Assembly (NCBI GenBank): GCA_964016885.1
Contig: OZ024740.1
Span: forward strand, 423,212,001 to 423,276,000
Direction: 5' to 3'
DNA length: 64,000 nucleotides
Source of the DNA: Eledone cirrhosa
Taxonomy: Eukaryota
Each line of letters starts with the position of its first letter. Position 1 is the first letter of the stretch. The translations under genes and the position numbers were made by a program. Below, one piece after another: positions 35,891-44,611 of the stretch. Below the pieces are notes generated by a model. The model saw nothing but the letters and a program-made list of their open reading frames with translations. It had not been told where the DNA came from and did not search any database.

Positions 35891-36104
35891 TGAAATTATT
35901 AAAAAGCTTTCCTATAGCAGAATAACAGGTGGCCGGACTGGTGATGTTCCTTTAAAGTTTTATTGTTGCAAAAACACTATATATATATTTCAATGGCCTG
36001 TTTACGTAAGAGCTTGACGATATCATCAGCTGTGGATTGCATAATTAGTTACTCTCTCCCCCTGCTCTCTCCCTCTCGCTCTCTCTACCCCCTCTCTCTC
36101 TTTC

Positions 36105-36172
36105 AAGCGTTAACCTAATATATTCCTTACATAGACTATACCGATTGTATTGTTATTTCTGTTTACTTTTTA
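36105..36172 (+). repeat. Partial third copy of the hammerhead-bearing unit (downstream part only, no catalytic core)
   Basis: AAGCGTTAACCTAATATATTCCTTACATAGACTATACCGATTGTATTGTTATTTCTGTTTAC closely matches 41435-41497. Confidence 0.8.
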
Positions 36173-36184
36173 CATACATACATA

Positions 36185-36792
36185 CATGGTGGCTGCCAAC
36201 TCGTTTTCGAGTACGGCCACTACTTTATATCCATGTAGGAGAACCCCTACCGATGCGCTGAACAAGTGTGACCTTTTAGTCCAGCCAGCGACTTGAAAAC
36301 TGTGGTACAAACACTACACTTGTGACAATTATTGAATATAGTGCTGGGCCCATGGTACCATGTGACGACAAGTGCAGAGAGATCTCCAGATATAAAGCAA
36401 TGCCTGTGCCGTGAAGCTTTTATAGTGAGCAAAGGCACTGCACAGAGCCAGTCCCACTCTCTTAACCAAGATGATATTTACCAAAAAGAAGAACAAGTCA
36501 ACATCATTGGATACCATCAGGGTTGCAGGTGTTATATCAGAGTTTTCCTTCTCCTAGAATTCTGCCTTGACAAAGACTAAGGGGTCATCTCTCCTGGTGA
36601 TTTTGGATGGCCATTGACTCTTAAGAGCTCCTTTGCCCTTTGACAGGTTTTGATTTTAGTCCTGCAGGATGTCCAAAGTCACCCTCCTCACCAAGAAACC
36701 TTGGTGGGGTTGCCAGTTTAGTCGCTAACGACCCGACCATGAGACAGGTTGTACTGGGATACATGTTACCAGTACACCAACTGGTGACCTGA
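36185..36792 (-). mobile_element. Internally deleted, non-autonomous (bipartite) RTE element C: 5'UTR fused to last zinc finger and 3' end
   Basis: 36390-36600 is homologous to the 5'UTR of copy B (40335-40560; shared AGGAGAAGG.AACTC, GAGAGTGGGA.TGGCTC, GCACAGGCATTGC). It then encodes CSVCTTVFKSLAGLKGHTCSAH and ends GGCCGTACTCGAAAACGAGTTGGCAGCCACCA(TGTA)n. Flanked by CATA repeats on both sides. Confidence 0.8.
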
Positions 36793-36885
36793 CATGCATA
36801 CATACATACATACATACATACATACATACATACATGATGGCTGCCCCTCGTTATCGAGTATGGCCATTGCACGAGAAAAAAAAAC

Positions 36886-37044
36886 GATAATAATAACAAT
36901 AATAATAATAATTGTTTCTACTTTTGGCACACGGCCAGCCATTATCCCAGTGCATTACTGGTACTTTATTTTATCGACCCCGTAAGGATGAAAGGCAAAG
37001 TTAACCTCGGCGGGATTTGAGCTCAGAATGGCAAGGGCCGTAAC
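36886..37044 (-). mobile_element. tRNA-headed SINE, 5'-truncated, (TTA)n tail
   Basis: The minus strand shows a B-box-like GAGCTCAAATCC, body TTTGCCTTTCATCCTTACGGGGTCGATAAAATAAAGTACCAGT and tail AGTAGAAACAATTATTATT. Highly similar to 40107-40306. Confidence 0.85.
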
Positions 37045-40000
37045 ACGCACGCACATAAATATATCCACACACACGTTAGCAATTAACAGTGCTGCGATCG
37101 AATGTGGCTTTTTAGCCCAGCCAATGATCTAAAATATCTTGCACAGAGTTGGCAACCAAAACATTCACGTATGCGATTCGAGATGCCTCAAAGGCAACTT
37201 TCCCCTCATATTCAGTCTTTCTCCATTTATTACGATCAGCAGCAATATTTTCCCATGTATCAGCAGAGGCTTTCAAGGAATCCTTATACCTCTTTTTTGA
37301 TTTATGTGGAGGTCATTTTCCTTTAACTAACTCTCCATAAAAGAGTTGTTTTGGTATTCTAGAATCCTTCATCCTGGCAAGGTGACCTCTCCAACGGAGT
37401 TTTTGCTTAAGCAGTTACAGAAAGAGCTTTCCAAAATCTCGACATCACTGATGTGGTCCCGCTAGTGAACGCCATGGATCCGTCTGAGACACATCTGATG
37501 GAAACGCTCCAATTGCTTAAGGTGGTGTCGATATGTGACCCAGGTCTCGCAGGCATAAAGAAGAGAAGAGAGCACACATGCCTTGTACACCTTTACCTTT
37601 GTCTTCTTGCATATGTCTCGCCGACCCCAGAGTCGCCTTTCTAGCTTTCTGAAAGCATCACTTGCTTTCCTAATCCTGAGTGGGATTTCATTATCAAGGT
37701 TGCCGTATCGATTGACAGTGCTTCCCAGGTAGACAAACTGATCAACTACTCCAAGTCGTTTACTATATACATAGATATTTGGTTCACTGTACTGCTTACC
37801 GGGGGCAGGTTGGTACATGACGACGGTACGGTTTTCTTGAGACTGACAGTCAATCCTAGAGCAGTGCAAGCATCAGAAAATATATTCAAAATGTGCTGCA
37901 TATCACTCTCTGTGTGCGCTACAAGATCGCAATCATCTGCATACAAGAGATCTCTTATGATTGATGTAAATTCTTTTGTTTTTGCAGCAAAGCGCCTGAT
38001 GTTAAATATGCTACCTCAGGTTCGATATCGGATGTAAACATCATGCTCGCAATTCCTGAATGCAATACAGAAAACCATTGCAAAGTATATAGCAAACAGC
38101 GTCGGTGCTGGAATATCCCCCTGTTTCACTCCATTTTTTACTGAGATAGGCTCCGACATGTTACAGATCCAAACCTTGTTCCATGCACTTCTCCTGGAGC
38201 TGTCTAGTTGAGAAGATCATATAAGTAGTGCCGCGCCCAGCACGAAGACCACATTGACTTTCAGGAAGAACACAATCTGCAATGTGTGTCAGAAGACGGT
38301 CCAGAAGCACCCTACATAAATCTTTCCCTACGACAGAAAGCAATGATATACCTCTGTAGTTCCCACAATCATTCCTGTTACCCTTTCCCTTGTACAAGAC
38401 CACCATTACTGCATCTCTCCAGTCCTCAGGTACGGATTCATTAGCTCATATCCTGCCAAAGAAAGAGTGAAGATGTTGCAGAAGTCTCTCACCACCATAT
38501 TGTAGGAGCTCTGCATGTATGCCATCCATACCTGGAGACCTTCCACTGTTCAGCTTCGAGATAGCCACTGCAACCGCCACAAGCGTCGGAGGTTCTGTGA
38601 GAGTTACTTTCACAGGACTTTCTGGAATGAGATTGAGGAAATCTTCATTGACGACAGACGGCTGATTGAAAAGCTCATGAAAGTGCTCTCGCCACCTTCA
38701 TAGAATTCCTTGTGAGTCACGAAGAAGTTCTTTGCCATCCTTGTTGCGAAGCGGCGTCACCAGAGAAGAAGACGGTCCATAAACTTCACACAAGAGACTG
38801 TACAACAGTTTTGTGTTATTGGAATCTGACGCAGTTTGTATCTCATCAGCCTTCTCACTCCACCACTGATCCTTCATCTGAGAAAGACTCCGCCTAACAC
38901 GTGATTTCACATCCTTGAGTTCCTTATGCAACGTATTCCTCTCCTGTGGTTTTACCATCAAGTAGCGTGACAGAGCACGCGTCTTATCAGCCAACAAGTC
39001 TTCTATATATTCATCATTCTCATTAAACCAGTCTTGATGTTTTCTCTGCACCAATCCCAGAACACGCCTGCCTACATCATAAACCCACTTTTTAAGGGTC
39101 GGCCAATCCTCACCAAGATCTGCAACCTGCATCTCTTCTCGCAATGTCCTCTTCACATTTTTATCCCTAAGACGAGCAGCATTCAATCTTCTGGGCAGGG
39201 TAACGCCAGGAGCCCGGATTTTACGTTTAGTGATTAGTTTCACTTCTGCGCGTACCAGGTGGTGGTCCGTCCAGCACTCAGCTCCACGAAGAGCATGAAC
39301 ACACTGCACATCCCGTCTGTCACGCATCCTGACTAGGACGTAGTCCAAAAGATGCCATGCCTTAGATGCAGGATGCATTCATGTAGCCTTTAATTTGTTC
39401 TTTTGTTGGAACATGGTGCTGGTAACACACAGATCCAGCTCCTCACACATCTACAGCAGGAGCATACCATTGTTGTTACACTTTCCCACCCCATGCCTTC
39501 CGATTACATTCCATGTGTTAAAATCCCTACCCACTCTAGCATTAAAGTCACCAAGCACGATGACTTTGTCTGCCTGAGGGATATTTCTTAAAACACCTTT
39601 CAAGGCATGAATTGTTGGAGCAATCACACTCACCAGGGTCGGATATCTTCCTTTGTCCAGCGGAACTCTCATGGACATAAGATGCTCACTAATCCCTACT
39701 GGGAATTCTTCTAATTTATCCACAAGAACAGTCTTAATGCTACCCCAGCTTCTCTTCTGGTTCCTTCATCTCTTCCTTTCCATAAGAATGTATATTCTTC
39801 ACAAAATTCTGTAAGATGACCATCTCCAGCTAACCTCGTCTCAGATAAAGCTACGATGTCAAGATCGTAACGTCGAAGCTCCTTTGCAACAAGAGCGGTC
39901 CTTCGTTCAGGACGTTCCAAGGAATCCCTGTCAAGCAGCGTCCGTACGTTCCAGCAGCCAAGACTAAATGCCTTGTTTGGCTCTATTACAATGGCACGAT

Positions 40001-40106
40001 GACGAGCAGGCCCGGGCTGTGATAACCTGGGGCCCCTGCCCTTATTGCCAATTATCTCTTTTATATTGTTTTGGAACATCATTGAATTGGAGAAAAAATA
40101 AAAAAT

Positions 40107-40306
40107 TAATAATAATAGTAACAACAATAATAATAATTGTTTCTACTTTAGGCACAAGGCCAGCAATTACCCAGTGCATTACTGGTACTTTATTCTATCG
40201 ACCCTCGTAAGGATGAAAGGCAAAGTCAACCTCGGCAGGATTTGAACTCAGATTGTAAAGGGACGTAACTATGCTGGAAAGCATGGCGTCCGACCCTCTA
40301 CCGACA
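40107..40306 (-). mobile_element. tRNA-headed SINE, same family as 36886-37044
   Basis: The minus strand shows a D-arm-like TCGGTAGAG, B-box GAGTTCAAATCC, the same central body and a (TTA)n tail. Confidence 0.87.
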
Positions 40307-40611
40307 CATTATTAGTAATTATTAATTAATGCAATCGTGCAATGCCTGTGCGTGAAGAATATTTTTAAAGTGAGGAAAGACTGTGCACTGAGCCAATCCC
40401 ACTCTCTGAGCGACAGTAGCTATAACCTGAAAAGAAGAAAAGATCAACATCATCGGTAACTAGTGAGCCGCAGGTTTTATGTCGGAGTTATCCCAGTTTC
40501 CTGAGTTGCCTTCTCCTGGAAGAATGCCCTGACAAGGGCTAGGGGTTCTTCACTCCCAGTGGTTTAACTGCGCGATTGGGTATCCAGCCCGACTATTTCT
40601 ATGTCCTCGCT

Positions 40612-41085
40612 CATACATACATACATACACACATACATACATCCCCCCCCCACACACACATACACACATACATACACACATACACACACATACATACACA
40701 CACACACATACACACACACACACACACATACACTCACCTCACATACACACATACATACATACACAGATACATATACACACACATACACACTCACACATAC
40801 CCCCTACATACACCCATACATACACACATACACGCACATGCACACATACACACACATATACACACACATATACACACACACATTCACACACATACACACA
40901 CATTCAAACACATACACACACACATACATACACACATACACACACATTCAAACACACATACACACATACACACATACACACACACATACATACACACATA
41001 CACACACATTCAAACACACATACACACATACACACATACACACACACATACATACACACATACACACACATACACACATACATCC
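40612..41085. repeat. Degenerate (CA)/(CATA) microsatellite
   Basis: Directly visible low-complexity CA/TA tract. Confidence 0.95.
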
Positions 41086-41199
41086 ATCCAAAAGATGACA
41101 ACATCAATGGACCTGTTATTTTTCTCTAAAATGCTTTCCCTATTTCCACCCTGCCCACTCTAGTCAATCTTTCTATTTCTTCTTTAATCTCTCATTCTA

Positions 41200-41235
41200 T
41201 ATTCTGATGAAGGACTAGTGTCCGAAACATTAAGA
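41200..41235 (+). ncRNA. Minimal type I hammerhead ribozyme motif 1 (partly decayed)
   Basis: TATT-CTGATGA-A-GGAC(TAGT)GTCC-GAAA-CAT-T-AAGA: intact core boxes and a perfect 4-bp helix II. The helix III palindrome ACGT is mutated to ACAT. Confidence 0.7.
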
Positions 41236-41380
41236 CTCTTTTCCTACTATATCAAGCATAAAACTAATAATATATTTCTTCATTGTACTGTGTCATTTTC
41301 TTTGTTATTTCTGTTTGCCTTTTGCATATATATATATTCCAACCCGCCCATCCCTTCAATTTATCTTATTTCTCATTCTT

Positions 41381-41416
41381 TCTTCTGATGAAGGGCTAGC
41401 GTCTGAAACGTTAAGA
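41381..41416 (+). ncRNA. Minimal type I hammerhead ribozyme motif 2
   Basis: TCTT-CTGATGA-A-GGGC(TAGC)GTCT-GAAA-CGT-T-AAGA: helix I TCTT/AAGA, helix II with two G.U pairs, palindromic ACGT helix III, GUU cleavage triplet. Confidence 0.78.
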
Positions 41417-41491
41417 CCTTCTTCCTGCTATATAAAGCGTTAACCTAATATATCCCTTCCATATACTGTACCGATTGTGTTGTTATTTCTG

Positions 41492-41518
41492 TTTACCTTT
41501 TACACACACACACACACA

Positions 41519-41600
<82 letters not shown>
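41492..41600. repeat. (CA)n(TA)n microsatellite
   Basis: About 40 CA units followed by a TA run. Confidence 0.97.
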
Positions 41601-41767
41601 AATATAATTCAGCGAGAATCGTATTTCGGCTGGTAGAAAAAGAGAAACGAAACGCAAAATCGTAGAAATGCTGGCAAGCGCTCAATAGTTAAAAAACTAG
41701 AGCTAAACAATAAGTTAAAACGTAATTATATATATATATAATTCAAATTCAAAGATATAGTGATAGC

Positions 41768-41880
41768 TGGGGGTTAAACACTGTGATGGACTGGTGTCCT
41801 CTTGTACTCTCAGTCGCTTCATGCCACAAAACCAGGATAAGCACGTGACTGACCAGCCCCTGGGCTTGAGAAAGACTTAC
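41768..41880 (+). mobile_element. Probable 3' half of a second SINE family
   Basis: GGGGGTTAAACACTGTGATGGACTGGTGTCC...CTCAGTCGCTTCATGCCACAAAACCAGGATAAGC resembles a recalled invertebrate SINE body (CCTGCGATGGACT...AGTCGCTTCATGC..GAAACCGG.ATAAGC). Not verified. Confidence 0.45.
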
Positions 41881-42212
41881 TCCCAATAACATTCATTGCA
41901 GCTGAAGCTAGTTCTGATTATAATCTGAAATTTATGAGATTAGTTGTACCAGTTGACATGTTTCAAAGTTAGAACTGTGTTAATTTGGAGATAAATAATC
42001 AAATATTTTGAACTTTAATTATTTGCTGGAAGAAATTTTTTAATTTTCTGTGAAAATTTGGTCATAGCCAGCTGATGACTGTAAACACTTTTTACTGTCA
42101 TAGAAAATTGATGAGACATCAAATGAATATTTTATGATGTGACATTAAATGAATAATTTAATGGATGAAAATCTGTTTTCTATAACAGTTCAACAGAAGA
42201 ATTTTCAATATA

Positions 42213-42393
42213 CTGTATATACTCGAATATAAGCCAACCCCACTATTTTATGTTTGAGAAATGGACCAAAATCCAAACCTTATTTATGTAGAATTTGAAG
42301 TTGGTGAAAATTGTCAAAATATTGACCCCTGATTATAAACCAACTCTCTTCTTCCATCGATTTTTTTTATCACATATTCCTCAATTTATATGG
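42213..42393. mobile_element. Tc1/mariner-superfamily (Tc2/pogo-like) MITE copy 1, right TIR partly deleted
   Basis: TA|CTGTATATACTCGAATATAAGCC ... TTTATATGG|TA. The body aligns with 43103-43313. Confidence 0.7.
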
Positions 42394-42501
42394 TAGTTAT
42401 TATTAAATTCCTCCCAATGTTTCGTTATTTTCAAAATTAATTGAAACAAATCTGATACAAAACTGCTCATTATGAAATGTTTATAATTATATGTTAGACA
42501 T

Positions 42502-43034
42502 GACTGCCGAGTCCATAGTAAGGATCAAACCGCCACCTTCATTTAAAAACGAAAGAGAGGCAGTTTTCCTCTGTATAGTGGCTATGGTGAAAGAGGTTAT
42601 GTGGTGGACAAGGTTGAGAGGACTGAGGACAGATGCCTTTCTCTCTGGACAACAACTCATTCTCTTCTTTAGGTACCACTTTAGAAGGAGAATCAGAGTG
42701 GAGAGAGAGGCACTGCACCCCAGTAAATTTACTGAAAGGTGGGTGAATGTGGCAAAAATGGCCTGAGTGATTGGGCCTTCTTTGTATATAAACCTGTAGG
42801 CTGAAGAAGAGAGCAAAAGGAAGAAAGGAGCACTTACGCAACACGCACGTGGAGGTGAGGGTTGTTCTATCAACAGAGTATAAAACAACCCATTTGTAAC
42901 GCATCCCCCTATTGGAGATTTTGATTGTTGAATTTGTATGTTAAGATATTTTACACGATTGTATGTAAAATCCCCGGCATATGTCTTTGTATTGTCCCCT
43001 TTTCTTGTGCGCCCTTGTGGCAAATAAAGAAATA
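42502..43034 (+). mobile_element. 5'-truncated Tx1/L1-like LINE (ORF2 C-terminus + 3'UTR) with 20-bp target-site duplication
   Basis: Perfect direct repeat TATAATTATATGTTAGACAT at 42482-42501 and 43035-43054. AATAAA at 43023-43028. Peptide ...AMVKEVMWWTR...FRYHFRRRIRVER...FTERW resembles Tx1/L1 ORF2 ends (clade call from memory). Confidence 0.75.
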
Positions 43035-43102
43035 TATAATTATATGTTAGACATTTTTGTTAAGGAATGTTCTAAATATCAGTTTGCTAATAAAAAGATT
43101 TA

Positions 43103-43313
43103 CTGTATATACTCAAATATAAGTTGATACAAATATAAGCCGACCCCACTATTTTATGCCTGAGAAATGGGCAAAAATCCAAACCTTATTTACATAGAAT
43201 TTGAAGATGGTGAAAATCATCAAAATATTGACATCAAGTATAAGCACCCCACCCAGCTTCTACCATCAAATTTTGGGTCACATATTCCTTGGTATATATT
43301 CAAGTATATATGG
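43103..43313. mobile_element. Tc1/mariner-superfamily (Tc2/pogo-like) MITE copy 2
   Basis: Imperfect terminal inverted repeats CTGTATATACTCAAATATA / TATATTCAAGTATATATGG, differing mostly by CpG-decay changes, with TA on both sides. Confidence 0.78.
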
Positions 43314-43409
43314 TAATTAGTCTTAGAATTGTTGAAAACAAGACAACTTATTATGCACCCAATACACTCTGTAAAGTGGCTGGTGAGGGCACATTGAAGT
43401 GAACACAAA

Positions 43410-43920
43410 ATGATGATGATGATGATGGTGATGATGGTGGTGGTGGTGGTGATGTTGATGGTGATGATGATGATGATGGTGGTGATGATGATGGTGATGA
43501 TGGTAATGATGATGGTGATGATGATAGTGATAATGATGATGGTGATGGTGATGGTGATGATAGTGATGATGATGGTGGTGAAGATGATCGTGAGAATAAT
43601 GGTGGTAGTGATGATGATGAGGATGATGATGATGGTGATGATAGTGATGATAGTGATGATGATGATGATGGTGGTGGTGATAATGATAGTGATGATGATG
43701 ATGATGATGATGATGATGGTGGTGATGATGATGATGGTGGTGGTGATGATGGTGATTGTGGTGGTGGTGATGATAGTGTTGATGATGATGATGGTGGTGA
43801 TGGTGGTGATGATAGTGATGGTGATGATGATGATGATGATGGTGGTGGTGATGATGGTGATTGTGGTGGTGGTGATGATAGTGTTGATGATGATGATGGT
43901 GGTGATGGTGGTGATGATAG

Positions 43921-43952
<32 letters not shown>

Positions 43953-44011
43953 GTGGTGATGGTGGTGATGATAGTGATGATAGTGATGATAGTGATGGTG
44001 ATGATGATGAT
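43410..44011. repeat. Degenerate (GAT/GGT)n trinucleotide repeat, about 600 bp
   Basis: Directly visible. It is the source of the poly-His, poly-Ser and poly-Met ORFs. Confidence 0.97.
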
Positions 44012-44110
44012 AGAAAGTAAAGGATTTTGTGGCAAAAGATGAATATTGTTTGAAATTGGTCATTGGAGTTTTTACTTTCAATTGGAGAGAATATAATGCT
44101 TCTTTTTAAG

Positions 44111-44204
44111 ACATGAAGTCCTAGGTGATGAGAAACTCCCAGGAGAGCTGGACTGTAGAAGGTTTTCAGAGAAGAACCCATTCCTCAACTGTTTCAGCCC
44201 TTAG
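44111..44204 (+). other. Candidate 94-bp exon (unverified)
   Basis: Acceptor-like GCTTCTTTTTAAG|, donor AG|GTATGT, GC-richer than its flanks. One frame is open up to a terminal TAG (HEVLGDEKLPGELDCRRFSEKNPFLNCFSP*). No recognisable homology. Confidence 0.2.
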
Positions 44205-44611
44205 GTATGTTAGGAGAGAAGAAATGGCAAGTCGCAACATTAATATCTTTAGGAAGAGTTAAAGCGTTAATAGAATAAGAGTTGAATTTAAGGCATGCAA
44301 GATTTCACTGCACTAGCATCACTCTTTCATAGTCAGCCTTCTTCTTCATCTTCTTCTTCAACTTCTCACCCTCCCTCCACTAGCAGAACACCACTGCCAA
44401 GAATAAAATGATTCCACTTACAAATGCAGACTTTATTATAGGCTTTATTATTCAAAACTCCTTCATTTGAACTCACATCTTCCAAGCTACAGCTCTAACA
44501 AATCTTAGAAAGATACTTTTCTATTTGAAGTATTTATAACAATATTGAGTTATTAGATTGATGGAATTGTTTGTTTTATTCCTGGGACCATCTCACATAT
44601 GACATCTGTTC

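Larger units (their letters stand above)
36834..40610 (-). mobile_element. Near full-length degenerate RTE-clade LINE copy B (5'UTR 40610-40335, APE-RT ORF about 39970-37083, 3' end 36877-36834), interrupted by two SINEs
   Basis: APE motifs: CWNVRTL..RRTALVAKEL.RY.LDIVALSETR, LGDFNARVG, LDYVL, TDHHLV. RT motifs: YKGKG..NYRGISLLS, QCG.RAGRGT, YADD at 37932-37943, FVYLGS, LLYACETW, LRWRGHLARM. Many frameshifts and stops. Assigning both UTR pieces to this copy is inferred from orientation and homology with element C. Confidence 0.88.

Noticed and set aside
35985-36035. Possible minus-strand hammerhead (CTGATGA...GTAAAC)
   Set aside because: The GAAA box is disrupted and no convincing helix I or II can be formed.
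40005-40045. GC-rich CAGGCCCGGGC...GGGGCCCCTG segment as a DNA transposon end
   Set aside because: No matching second TIR or TSD was found, and it is too short to classify.
32272-40127. Active autonomous retrotransposon or domesticated RT gene
   Set aside because: Both RT-bearing copies keep YADD but have multiple frameshifts, stops and deletions.
40564-41685. His/Thr-rich ORFs
   Set aside because: Translations of CA/CATA microsatellites.
43220-44181. Poly-His, poly-Ser/Pro, poly-Ile/Thr and poly-Met/Val ORFs
   Set aside because: All are translations of one degenerate (GAT/GGT)n tract.
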